Below, piece after piece: positions 35,854 through 45,871 of a DNA stretch of 59,909 nucleotides; positions within the stretch are counted from its first letter, which is position 1, and the number at the start of each line of letters is the position of its first letter. The notes beneath the pieces were generated by a model. That model saw nothing but the letters and a program-made list of their open reading frames with translations. It was not told the origin of the DNA and ran no database searches. The DNA lies in assembly GCA_016296775.1 (NCBI GenBank), contig JAEDIE010000004.1, forward strand, positions 1 through 59,909, written 5' to 3'. A program made the translations under genes and the position numbers. This stretch comes from Bacilli bacterium (GTDB lineage: Bacteria; Bacillota_I; Bacilli_A; RFN20; CAG-826).

Positions 35854-38800
35854 ATGAAATCATACCAAGACTATCCAAAAATTAACAATGATCGTATTAA
35901 TTTCTCTAAAATAAGTGGTAACTTAGACCTTCCATATTTAGTTGAAATACAAACCGAATCTTACAAAAACTTCTTAAAAAATGGCATTGAAGAAGTTTTA
36001 AAGGATGTATTCCCAATTGAAAATTATTCAAAAACTATTTCAATTGATTACGTAAGTCATCGTTTAGGTGAACCTGAACATGATTTTTATGAATGTAAAG
36101 AAAAAGATTTAACATATTCTATCCCATTCTTTGTTACTTTCAAATTAACAGATAGAAGTAGCTTAAATGAAACAATTATCGATAGTGAAATCTTTATGGG
36201 TGATATCCCATTAATGAGCGATTCTGGTACATTTGTTATCAATGGTAAAGAACGTGTTATTGTTAGCCAAATTATTAGATCACCAGGAGCATATCTTTCC
36301 AATGCACAAGATGCAAAATCTGGAAAGTTTGTATATAACGCTGATTTAATTCCATCTAGAGGAACATGGCTCGAATTTGAAAGCGATGTTAAAGATTTCC
36401 TTTGGGTTAGAATTGATAGACAAAGAAAAATGCCAGCTACAATCTTACTTAAGGCTTTAGGTTTAGATGCTTCATTAATTAATCAAACTTTTGGTAAGAG
36501 AGAATGCTTAACAAACACATTAATTAAAGATGAAAACATTAAAACATCAAGAGATGCTTTAATTGAAATCTTTAGAAAATTAAAACCAGGTGAACCAATT
36601 ACCGATAACGGTGTCATTACTTATTTAATTCAAAAATTCTTTGATTCAAAGAGATATGACCTTGGTAAAGCTGGTAGATTTAAATACAACAACAAATTAG
36701 GAATTTACAATAGATTAGTTGATAGAGTTTTAGCTGAAAACTTAATTTCTATCGATGGAGATATTGTTTATGAAGCAGGTGTTAAATTAACAAAAGAAAT
36801 GGTCGAGCAATTAGAAGATGATCAATTCTTCGAAAAAGGTGCTCATCAATACGACTTAACACCAAATTTAAATCAAAATTTATTAAAAGAAATGGCTAAA
36901 GTTAATAGCCAAAACGAAGAAGCAATTGAAAGATGCTACGTTAATATCGTTAAAGTTTATGGAAAAGACGATAATAACAAAGATGTTATCTCAACAGTTA
37001 TTGGTACAGATTTAAATCAAGTAATTGCTAGAGTTACAATCAGCGATATGATTGCTATCTTCTCATATTTCTTAAATTTAATGGATCATTTCGGAAAGAC
37101 CGATGATATCGATCATTTAAGTAATAGAAGAATTAGAAATGTAGGTGAATTATTACAAGAATATTTCAGAAATGGTCTTAATAAAGTTGCTAAAAACTGC
37201 GATAAGAGAATTTCTATTACCTCTAATCCAGATGGAAAAGAAATTTCAATTAGAAGCTTAATTAGCAATAAACCTCTTGCAAGTTCAATTAACGAATTCT
37301 TTGCTGGAAGCCAATTAAGTAACTTCATGGATCAAGTCAATCCACTTTCAGAACTTGCTAATAAGAGAAGAATTTCAGCTTTAGGTCCTCAAGGTATTAC
37401 CCGTGATAGAGCTAGTATGGCCGTTCGTGACGTTCATTTTACTCACTATGGTCGTATTTGTCCAATCGAAACACCTGAAGGACAAAACATTGGTTTAATC
37501 AATAACCTTGCTACATACGCAAAAATTGATAGATATGGTTTCATTCAAGCTCCATATAGAAGAGTTGATAAAGAAACTGGTCAAATTTTAGATGAAGTTG
37601 ATTATTTAACTGCTGCTGAAGAAAATGATCACGTCATCGCTCAAGCTACAAGAGATGATGTTGAAAACGGTTATCTTAAGGGCGAAAGAGTTGTTGCTCG
37701 TTTCAATGGTATGAACGTTCTTGCCGATAGAAAGATGGTCGATTATGTCGATGAATCTCCAATGCAAATTGTTTCTATCGCTGCAGCTTGTATTCCATTC
37801 CTTGAAAACGATGATAACACCCGTGCATTAATGGGTGCTAACATGCAACGTCAAGCTTTACCTTTATTAAAACCACATGCTCCATTTGTTGGAACAGGTA
37901 TCGAACATCGTGTTGCTATCGATTCTGGTTTAGCTGTTGTTGCTAAAGAAGATGGTGTAGTTACATATGTTGATTCAACTGAAATTAGAGTTAGAGAAAG
38001 TCTTGGAGAAAAAGTTTATAAACTTCAAAAATATAAACCAAGTAACCAAGGTACATGTATAAATCAAAGAAGCATTGTCAAAAAAGGCGATGTAATTAAG
38101 AAGGGTCAATTAATTGCTGATGGTCCAAGTATGAACAACGGTGATTTAGCTCTTGGTCAAAATGTCGTTGTTGCCTTTATGACTTGGGATGGATACAACT
38201 ATGAAGACGCTGTTATTATGAGCGATAGATTAGTTAAAGACGATGTTTACACCTCAATTCATATTGAAGCTTACGATGTTGAATGCCGTGATACTAAAAA
38301 TGGTGAAGAAACCATTACAAGCGACATTCCAAATTGTAGAACTGAAGATAAAGCTCACCTTGATGAAAATGGTATTGTCATTCCAGGAAGCGATGTTAAA
38401 GAAGGTGACATCCTTGTTGGTAAGATTACTCCAAAAGGTACAAGCGAATTAAGTGCAGATGAAAAATTATTAGATGAAATTTTCGGATCTAAATCAAAAG
38501 AATGTAAAGATAGTTCATTAAGAATTCCTCATGGAGGTGCTGGAACTGTTCTTGGTGTTCATATATTTAGTAGAGAAAATAAAGATGAATTAGAACCAGG
38601 CGTCAATCAAAAAGTTAGAGTTTATGTTGCTCAAAAACGTAAGATTAGCGAAGGTGATAAGATGAGTGGAAGACATGGTAATAAAGGTGTTATTTCACGT
38701 ATTGTTCCACAAGAAGATATGCCATTTATGGAAGATGGTACTCCAATAGATATTCTTCTTAACCCACAAGGTGTTCCATCTCGTATGAACATCGGACAAA

Positions 38801-39486
38801 TTCTTGAAGTCCATTTAGGTATGGCTTGTAAGATTCTTGGTGGAATGAAGATTGCTACTCCAGTCTTCGATGGAATTTCAATGAATGAAATTGAAGAATT
38901 AATGAATGAAGCAAAGATTCCTAATGATGGAAAATATGCTCTTTACGATGGTAGAACCGGTGAAAGATTTGATAATCGTATCAATGTCGGTGTCATGTAC
39001 ATGATTAAACTTGTCCACATGGTTGATGATAAACTTCACGCACGTGCTACTGGTCCATATTCAACAGTCACACAACAACCTTTAGGTGGTAAAGCCCAAA
39101 ACGGTGGTCAAAGATTTGGTGAAATGGAAGTCTGGGCTCTTGAAGCTTATGGTGCAGCTTACACCCTTCAAGAAATGATGACAATTAAGAGTGATGATAG
39201 AGCTGGAAGAAAGAGAACTTACGACGCTATTATCAACCGTAAAGATTTACCAAAACCATCTATTCCAGAAGCCTTCAAAGTTTTAACTAAAGAATTAATG
39301 GGTCTTGGTTTAGACGTTAAGTTGATGGATAAAGAAAATAAAGAGATTGATATGGATGCTATTGCACGTCAAGTACAAAAAGAAGAACATCTCAGCATGC
39401 AATCTATTTATGGGTCTAATCAACCTGCTCAAAGTGAAGAATCTTTATTTGTCGATGCTTCACTTGAAAAAGATATTTTAGATTAG
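35854..39486 (+). CDS. rpoB: DNA-directed RNA polymerase beta subunit
   Basis: 1210 aa, with conserved blocks SQLSNFMDQVNPLSE, GRHGNKGVISRI, NPLGVPSRMNIGQ. Confidence 0.99.
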   Translation: MKSYQDYPKINNDRINFSKISGNLDLPYLVEIQTESYKNFLKNGIEEVLKDVFPIENYSKTISIDYVSHRLGEPEHDFYECKEKDLTYSIPFFVTFKLTDRSSLNETIIDSEIFMGDIPLMSDSGTFVINGKERVIVSQIIRSPGAYLSNAQDAKSGKFVYNADLIPSRGTWLEFESDVKDFLWVRIDRQRKMPATILLKALGLDASLINQTFGKRECLTNTLIKDENIKTSRDALIEIFRKLKPGEPITDNGVITYLIQKFFDSKRYDLGKAGRFKYNNKLGIYNRLVDRVLAENLISIDGDIVYEAGVKLTKEMVEQLEDDQFFEKGAHQYDLTPNLNQNLLKEMAKVNSQNEEAIERCYVNIVKVYGKDDNNKDVISTVIGTDLNQVIARVTISDMIAIFSYFLNLMDHFGKTDDIDHLSNRRIRNVGELLQEYFRNGLNKVAKNCDKRISITSNPDGKEISIRSLISNKPLASSINEFFAGSQLSNFMDQVNPLSELANKRRISALGPQGITRDRASMAVRDVHFTHYGRICPIETPEGQNIGLINNLATYAKIDRYGFIQAPYRRVDKETGQILDEVDYLTAAEENDHVIAQATRDDVENGYLKGERVVARFNGMNVLADRKMVDYVDESPMQIVSIAAACIPFLENDDNTRALMGANMQRQALPLLKPHAPFVGTGIEHRVAIDSGLAVVAKEDGVVTYVDSTEIRVRESLGEKVYKLQKYKPSNQGTCINQRSIVKKGDVIKKGQLIADGPSMNNGDLALGQNVVVAFMTWDGYNYEDAVIMSDRLVKDDVYTSIHIEAYDVECRDTKNGEETITSDIPNCRTEDKAHLDENGIVIPGSDVKEGDILVGKITPKGTSELSADEKLLDEIFGSKSKECKDSSLRIPHGGAGTVLGVHIFSRENKDELEPGVNQKVRVYVAQKRKISEGDKMSGRHGNKGVISRIVPQEDMPFMEDGTPIDILLNPQGVPSRMNIGQILEVHLGMACKILGGMKIATPVFDGISMNEIEELMNEAKIPNDGKYALYDGRTGERFDNRINVGVMYMIKLVHMVDDKLHARATGPYSTVTQQPLGGKAQNGGQRFGEMEVWALEAYGAAYTLQEMMTIKSDDRAGRKRTYDAIINRKDLPKPSIPEAFKVLTKELMGLGLDVKLMDKENKEIDMDAIARQVQKEEHLSMQSIYGSNQPAQSEESLFVDASLEKDILD

Positions 39487-39504
39487 TTTTTGGAGGTAAA
39501 GAAA

Positions 39505-42500
39505 ATGTTTGATGTAAACGATTTAGCTAGTATAAAAGTTGGATTAGCCTCTCCAGAGAAAATTAGAGAATGGTCACACGGTGAAGTTTTAAACGCTGAA
39601 ACCATTAACTATAGAAGCCAAAGACCAGAAGTTGATGGTTTGTTCTGTGAAAAGATTTTCGGTCCTAGCAAAGACTATGAATGTCATTGTGGAAAATATA
39701 AAAAGATTAGATATAATGGCGTTGTATGTGAAAAATGTGGCGTCGAAGTTATCTCAAAAGATGTTAGAAGAGAAAGAATGGGACATATTGAACTTGCTTC
39801 ACCATGTTCCCATATCTGGTATTTAAAAGGTACTCCTTCACGTATTGGTTTAATTCTTGATATTAACCCAAAACAACTTGAAGAAATTGTCTATTTTAGT
39901 GCCCATATCTGTTTAAATCCAGGACAAAGTAAAGTTCTTGTCCGTACAGATAAAGAAAAAGATAGAGACAACAGAATTATTGATGATCAAAATGGTAAAG
40001 AGATTTTCATTTCAGTCGTTAACGAAACTCTTGAAAAAATTGCAAATGAATTACCAGAAGGTGTCAATAAAGAAGATGATAGCGAGTATGTCTATGGTGC
40101 AAAGTTACTTGAAAAATTAAAGAACAAAAATGAACCATTTGACTTCTTCAACGTTTCTGCTTTCATTAGCGAACATTTAGGTGCTGAATTTGGAAGTGGC
40201 GCTAGTGCTATCAAGAGTTTATTAAAAGCAGTTGATCTTGAAGCTGAATTTAATAAAGTTAAAGCTGAAATTTCAAATGCAAAAGGTCAAAAATTAATTA
40301 AAGCTACAAAGAGATTAGAAGTAATTGATGCTTTTAGAAAATCAGGAAACAGACCAGAATGGATGATTCTTGATGTTCTTCCAGTTATTCCTGCTGAATT
40401 AAGACCTATGTTAATTCTTGAAGGTGGAAGAATCGGATGTAGCGATATTAACGAATTATATAAGAAGATTATTACCCGTAATAATCGTTTAAAGAAGTTA
40501 ATTGAACAAAACTCTCCTGAAGTTATTATTACTAACGAAAAGAGACTTCTTCAAGAAGCAGTTGACTCCTTAATTGATAATGGAAGACGTAATGGTAAAC
40601 CTGTTACTGATCCAAAAGGTAGACCATATAAATCACTTAGTGGTTTATTAAAAGGTAAACAAGGAAGATTTAGACAAAACCTTCTTGGAAAACGTGTTGA
40701 TTACTCAGGACGTAGCGTTATTGCTATCGGACCAAACTTAAAGATGTATCAATGTGGAATTCCTCGTGAAATGGCTATTAACTTACTTAGACCATTCATT
40801 ATGGCTGTCTTACTTCAAGAAAAGAAATGTTTAATTGCTAGAGTTGCTGATCAAAAGGTTTCTCAAAGAGATGCTGATGTTTACGATGTAGTTGAAAGAA
40901 TTATTTCAATGCACCCAGTCTTACTTAACCGTGCTCCAACTCTTCATAGATTAGGTATCCAAGCTTTCCAACCAGTTTTAGTTGAAGGAAGAGCTATTAG
41001 ACTTCACCCACTTGTTTGTACTGGATTCAATGCAGACTTCGATGGTGACCAAATGGCTGTTCACGTTCCAATCTCTAAAGCTGCTCAAGAAGAAGCTGTT
41101 AACTTAATGCTTGCTAGTAACAATATTCTTGCTCCAAAAGATGGAAAACCAATTGTTACTCCAGGACAAGATATCTTAATTGGTAACTACTACTTAACAA
41201 TGGAAGCTAGCCAAGAAGATTTTGAAAAACAAGCTCAAAAATTTGATGCAGTCAATGATACAAAAGAAGCTCAAAGATATAGAGATTTTGCTAAATTAGA
41301 AGGTAAAGTCTTTAAAGATATGGACGAAGTTGTCAAAGTTTATGAAGAAGGAATTATCCATCTTCACACACGTATTGCTCTTCGTGGAAGTTCAATGAAG
41401 AAAAAGACATTCAGTGAAGATATGATGAATGGCTATCTTATCACAACTGTTGGTAAGGTTATCTTCAACTTTGCTTTCCCATCAGATTTCCCATATATCA
41501 ATAGCAATAGTAAAGCTAATTTAACAAAGAACCTTGATTGTTACTTCGTTAAGAAAGGTACTGATATTAAAGAATATATTAAGAATCAACCTCTTAATGC
41601 TCCAATTATTAAAGGAGATATTAAAGATATTATTAATGCTCTTTATCTTCAATATGGTACTGAAAAAACCAGTGCAATACTTGATAAGATTAAAGACCAA
41701 GGCTATAAATATTCAACAGTTAGCGGCTTAACAGTTGCTTTAAGTGATATTAAGATGGTTCCAGATAAAGATACAATCGTTAAGAAAGCAGAACTTACTA
41801 ACGATGGTATGGAAGAATTATATGAACAAGGCTTCTTATCAGATGAAGAAAGACATAAGCAAGTTTGTGCCGTTTGGACAAAAGCAAGTGATGAAATGCA
41901 AAAAGAAGTTTTAAAACTTCTTGAAACAGACTTAAGAAACCCACTTTGTATCATGTGGAAGTCAGGCGCTAGAGGTAGTGCTTCTAACTTCGCACAACTT
42001 ATGGGTATGAGAGGTCTTATGAAGTCTACAAGCGGTGAAACAATTGAAATTCCTGTTAAATCTTGTTTCCGTGAAGGTCTTAATGTTAGTGAATTCTTCA
42101 CCGGTACACACGGTGCTAGAAAAGGTGGTGCTGATACAGCATTAAAGACTGCTGACTCAGGTTACTTAACAAGAAGACTTGTCGACGTTTCTCAAGACGT
42201 TATTATTAGAGAAATTGATTGTCATTCAGATCATGGAACAGTTGTTAAAGCAATTTACTATAAAGGTAAAGAACTTGTTTCATTAAAAGAAAGAATTACT
42301 GGAAGATATGCATGTCACAATGTTATCGATCCAATAACAAATAGAGTAATCGTTGCTGAAAATACATTAATTGACGAAGCAAAAGCTAAAGAAATCGTCA
42401 ATGCCGGTATTGAAGAAGTTGAAATTAGATCATTATTTGGTTGTGAAACTAAAGATGGTGTCTGTCAACATTGTTATGGTATTAACCTTGCAAGTGGAAC

Positions 42501-43536
42501 TCCTGTTGATATTGGTGAAGCTGTTGGTATTATGGCAGCTCAATCAATCGGTGAACCTGGTACCCAACTTACTATGAGAACCTTCCACTCAGGTGGTGTT
42601 GCTACAACAGACGATATTACTCAAGGTTTACCAAGAGTTCAAGAATTATTTGAAGCTAGAAACCCTAAAGGTAAAGCTGTTATTTCTACAATTAGTGGTG
42701 TTGTTGAATCCGTTACTGAAAAGAATGGTATTTCAACCATATTAGTTACAAATGATGTTGAACCTCAACCAATTAAATTCGAATCTAACTACGGAGCAAA
42801 AGTTAGAGTTAAGAAGGGTGATAAGATTACAAACGGTGATAAACTTACCGAAGGTGCTATTTCACCAAAAGAATTGCTCAGCTGTTCTTCAGTTAATAAA
42901 GTTGAAGAATATATTGTTAACGAAGTTCAATATGTTTATCGTGATCAAGGTATTGCTATTAGCGATAAGCATATCGAAGTTATCGTCCGTCAAATGTTAA
43001 GAAAGGTTCTTATCATTGATGGAGGTGATACAGATTTAATTCCAGGAAGCAGAATTTCAATTGTTGACTTTACAAAAGCCAATAATCAAGTCTTACTTGA
43101 AGGAAAACACCCAGCTGTTGCTAAACCATTAATTCTTGGTATTGCTAAAGCCGCTCTTGAAAGTGATTCCTTCTTATCTGCTGCATCATTCCAAGAAACT
43201 ACAAGAGTTTTAACTGATGCTGCTATTAAAGGTAAGGTTGATACACTTCATGGTCTTAAAGAAAACGTCATCACTGGTAAGTTAATTCCAGCTGGAAGAG
43301 GCTTATTAGGAGTTGGTGAAAGAGATAGTAAAGTCGATGAATTTGATGTAACAGAAAGACTTAATAAAGTTAAGAAATGTTATATTGGTGTCCATGATAT
43401 CGAAAATAAAGAAGAATCTATTGACGAAGATCTTAGACATTGGCAATCTCTTACAACTGAAAGAGATGATAAAGAAAAAACTGAGTTAGCTAAATACAAA
43501 AAGTCTCAACTTAGTGAAGAAGAAATTTACGAATAA
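39505..43536 (+). CDS. rpoC: DNA-directed RNA polymerase beta-prime subunit
   Basis: I prefer ATG 39505 (GGAGGT SD 8 nt upstream) over the TTG at 39490. Zn-finger CHCGKYKK...CEKCG and catalytic NADFDGDQMAVH. 1343 aa with lineage-specific insertions and an acidic/lysine-rich C-terminal tail. Confidence 0.99.
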   Translation: MFDVNDLASIKVGLASPEKIREWSHGEVLNAETINYRSQRPEVDGLFCEKIFGPSKDYECHCGKYKKIRYNGVVCEKCGVEVISKDVRRERMGHIELASPCSHIWYLKGTPSRIGLILDINPKQLEEIVYFSAHICLNPGQSKVLVRTDKEKDRDNRIIDDQNGKEIFISVVNETLEKIANELPEGVNKEDDSEYVYGAKLLEKLKNKNEPFDFFNVSAFISEHLGAEFGSGASAIKSLLKAVDLEAEFNKVKAEISNAKGQKLIKATKRLEVIDAFRKSGNRPEWMILDVLPVIPAELRPMLILEGGRIGCSDINELYKKIITRNNRLKKLIEQNSPEVIITNEKRLLQEAVDSLIDNGRRNGKPVTDPKGRPYKSLSGLLKGKQGRFRQNLLGKRVDYSGRSVIAIGPNLKMYQCGIPREMAINLLRPFIMAVLLQEKKCLIARVADQKVSQRDADVYDVVERIISMHPVLLNRAPTLHRLGIQAFQPVLVEGRAIRLHPLVCTGFNADFDGDQMAVHVPISKAAQEEAVNLMLASNNILAPKDGKPIVTPGQDILIGNYYLTMEASQEDFEKQAQKFDAVNDTKEAQRYRDFAKLEGKVFKDMDEVVKVYEEGIIHLHTRIALRGSSMKKKTFSEDMMNGYLITTVGKVIFNFAFPSDFPYINSNSKANLTKNLDCYFVKKGTDIKEYIKNQPLNAPIIKGDIKDIINALYLQYGTEKTSAILDKIKDQGYKYSTVSGLTVALSDIKMVPDKDTIVKKAELTNDGMEELYEQGFLSDEERHKQVCAVWTKASDEMQKEVLKLLETDLRNPLCIMWKSGARGSASNFAQLMGMRGLMKSTSGETIEIPVKSCFREGLNVSEFFTGTHGARKGGADTALKTADSGYLTRRLVDVSQDVIIREIDCHSDHGTVVKAIYYKGKELVSLKERITGRYACHNVIDPITNRVIVAENTLIDEAKAKEIVNAGIEEVEIRSLFGCETKDGVCQHCYGINLASGTPVDIGEAVGIMAAQSIGEPGTQLTMRTFHSGGVATTDDITQGLPRVQELFEARNPKGKAVISTISGVVESVTEKNGISTILVTNDVEPQPIKFESNYGAKVRVKKGDKITNGDKLTEGAISPKELLSCSSVNKVEEYIVNEVQYVYRDQGIAISDKHIEVIVRQMLRKVLIIDGGDTDLIPGSRISIVDFTKANNQVLLEGKHPAVAKPLILGIAKAALESDSFLSAASFQETTRVLTDAAIKGKVDTLHGLKENVITGKLIPAGRGLLGVGERDSKVDEFDVTERLNKVKKCYIGVHDIENKEESIDEDLRHWQSLTTERDDKEKTELAKYKKSQLSEEEIYE

Positions 43537-43540
43537 TATA

Positions 43541-43566
43541 AAAGGTGGAGAAAACTCCACCTTTTA
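43541..43566 (+). terminator. Rho-independent terminator after rpoC
   Basis: Perfect 10-bp stem AAAGGTGGAG / CTCCACCTTT with an AAAA loop. Confidence 0.85.
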
Positions 43567-43639
43567 ATATGATTAAAAAAACTATATTAAATACTAAATA
43601 TTTCACCTATTCAACTTATTATTATGATAAAATAACCTT

Positions 43640-43900
43640 ATGGAAAAAGAACATTTAACTAGAGTAGAAAAGTATAGTGAGTATCGAAAAGAAATCGAAC
43701 AATCTTTTGTTGATGAAGAAAAAGAAATTGTTGTTCAAGAGATAGTAAACAAAAAACAAGCGAGAAAACATACTGTATATGATGTATATCGTAGACAAAA
43801 AACTAAGAAAGTCGCTATATACATTACGATTTCTTGTATAGTTATGTTAGTTTTAGTTTCAATATTAATTTTATTTTGTTGTTTAAAGGAGCATTTATGA
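43640..43900 (+). CDS. Small single-pass membrane protein
   Basis: 86 aa, charged N-terminus plus one TM (VAIYITISCIVMLVLVSILILFCC). Its stop overlaps the cmk start (ATGA). Confidence 0.5.
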   Translation: MEKEHLTRVEKYSEYRKEIEQSFVDEEKEIVVQEIVNKKQARKHTVYDVYRRQKTKKVAIYITISCIVMLVLVSILILFCCLKEHL

Positions 43901-44568
43901 GTTGTATAAGCGTAGCTATTGATGGACCAAGTGCTAGTGGAAAATCTACCATCGCCAAATTATTAGCAAAAAAATTAGGCTATATCTATATTGATACAGG
44001 TGCTATGTATCGCGCTTATACTTTAGCTTGTTTAAAAAATAATATTGATTGTAAAGACGAAGAAAAATCTGAAGCTTTAATTGGAAAAATTACAATTGGT
44101 TTTAATTCATTGAATCACGTAACAATTGATGGAATTGATGTTGAAAGTGAAATTAGAAAAAATGATGTAGCTGATAATGTAAGCTACATTGCTAGTTATA
44201 AAAATATAAGATTATTTTTAGTTGCTTCTCAAAGAGAATTTGCTAAAAATAATAACATTATTATGGATGGAAGAGATATTGGAACTTATGTCTTACAAGA
44301 TGCAACCATCAAGTTTTATCAAATTGCTGATGTAAATGAAAGAGCTAGAAGAAGATATAAAGAAAATATTGAAAAAGGTATTGTATGCACCTTTGAAGAT
44401 TGTTTAACTAATTTAAATAAGAGAGATTATATTGATTCTCATCGTTCTTTTTGTCCGTTAAGAAAAGCTGAAGATAGTATTGAAATTAATACTACTAATT
44501 TAAATATTGAAGATGTATTAAATATGATGCTTTTATATATGAAAGAGAGAGGATTGCTCAATGAGTAA
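43897..44568 (+). CDS. cmk: Cytidylate kinase
   Basis: Start at ATG 43897 (MSCISVAIDGPSASGKSTIAK, the Cmk P-loop), plus YIDTGAMYRA. Confidence 0.93.
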   Translation: MSCISVAIDGPSASGKSTIAKLLAKKLGYIYIDTGAMYRAYTLACLKNNIDCKDEEKSEALIGKITIGFNSLNHVTIDGIDVESEIRKNDVADNVSYIASYKNIRLFLVASQREFAKNNNIIMDGRDIGTYVLQDATIKFYQIADVNERARRRYKENIEKGIVCTFEDCLTNLNKRDYIDSHRSFCPLRKAEDSIEINTTNLNIEDVLNMMLLYMKERGLLNE

Positions 44569-45871
44569 TTACAATCTTTTAGCAATTGTAGGTTCTCCAA
44601 GTGTAGGAAAATCAACTATATTTAATAGAATTATTGGAGAAAAGAAGTCAATTATTGAATCCGAAAGAGGTGTCACTAGAGATAGAATCTATGGTGATGC
44701 TGAATGGCTCAATAGACATTTTAAATGTGTTGATACTGGTGGAATTGAAGTAGAAAATCGTCCTTTTCAAGAACAAATTCGAATTCAAGCTGAAATCGCT
44801 ATTGAAGAAGCTAGTGTAATTCTTTTTGTAGTTGATGGTCAAATTGGTTTAACAGAAGATGATCAACTTGTCGCTTCTTTACTTTATAAATCTAATAAAC
44901 CTGTTGTTTTAGCTGTAAATAAAATTGATAACAAAGAATCTTTAAATAATATTTATGAATTTTATTCTTTAGGTTTAGGTGAACCTATTCCTACAAGTGG
45001 AGTTCATGGTATTGGTATTGGAGATATTTTAGATAAAGTTATTGCTTCTTTTGAAGACATTGAAAAAGAAGCACCTTATGAAGGTATTTCTTTTTCCTTA
45101 ATAGGAAGACCAAATGTAGGTAAATCATCTTTATATAATTGTTTATTAAATGAGAATAGATCAATTGTTTCTTCTATTGAAGGTACTACAAGAGATGCAA
45201 TAGATACTCATATTAAAAGAAATGAGCAAGATTATTATATTATTGATACTGCTGGATTGAAAAAAAGAGGAAAAATATACGAAGCTATCGATAAATATGC
45301 TGCTTTAAGAAGTTTAAGAGCTATCGAAAAAAGTGATGTTGTTTTATTAGTTATTGATGCTAAAGAAGGTATTCAAGAGCAAGATAAACACGTTGTAGGT
45401 TATGCTATTGAAGAAAAGAAAGCTATTATTATTGTAGTTAATAAATATGATTTGATTATTAAAGATAATAATACAATGAATGAGTTTGTTAAAAAGATTA
45501 GAAAAGAGTTTAAATTCCTTGATTATGCTCCAATTGTTTTTACAAGTGCAGTTACTAAATTAAGAATTAATGAATTATTTAATAAAATTGATGAAGTATA
45601 TGAATCATATACATATAAAATTCAAACTTCTACTTTAAATAAAATTATTGAAGAAGCTCAAGTTATGAACGAAACCCCATGTTTTAATGGTGGAAGATGT
45701 AAGATTTATTATGCTCAACAAGTTTCAACAAAACCTTTAACCATCGCTTTGTTTTGTAATGATCCTGAATATATGCATTTTTCTTATTTAAGATATATTG
45801 AAAATCAAATTAGAGATTCTTTCTGTTTGGTTGGTTCTCCTATTAATTTAGTTTTAAGGAAAAGAAAATGA
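44561..45871 (+). CDS. der: Ribosome-biogenesis GTPase Der (EngA)
   Basis: Tandem GTPase domains (GSPSVGKST/DTGG/NKID and GRPNVGKSS/DTAG/NKYD) plus a KH-like C-terminus. Confidence 0.95.
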   Translation: MSNYNLLAIVGSPSVGKSTIFNRIIGEKKSIIESERGVTRDRIYGDAEWLNRHFKCVDTGGIEVENRPFQEQIRIQAEIAIEEASVILFVVDGQIGLTEDDQLVASLLYKSNKPVVLAVNKIDNKESLNNIYEFYSLGLGEPIPTSGVHGIGIGDILDKVIASFEDIEKEAPYEGISFSLIGRPNVGKSSLYNCLLNENRSIVSSIEGTTRDAIDTHIKRNEQDYYIIDTAGLKKRGKIYEAIDKYAALRSLRAIEKSDVVLLVIDAKEGIQEQDKHVVGYAIEEKKAIIIVVNKYDLIIKDNNTMNEFVKKIRKEFKFLDYAPIVFTSAVTKLRINELFNKIDEVYESYTYKIQTSTLNKIIEEAQVMNETPCFNGGRCKIYYAQQVSTKPLTIALFCNDPEYMHFSYLRYIENQIRDSFCLVGSPINLVLRKRK

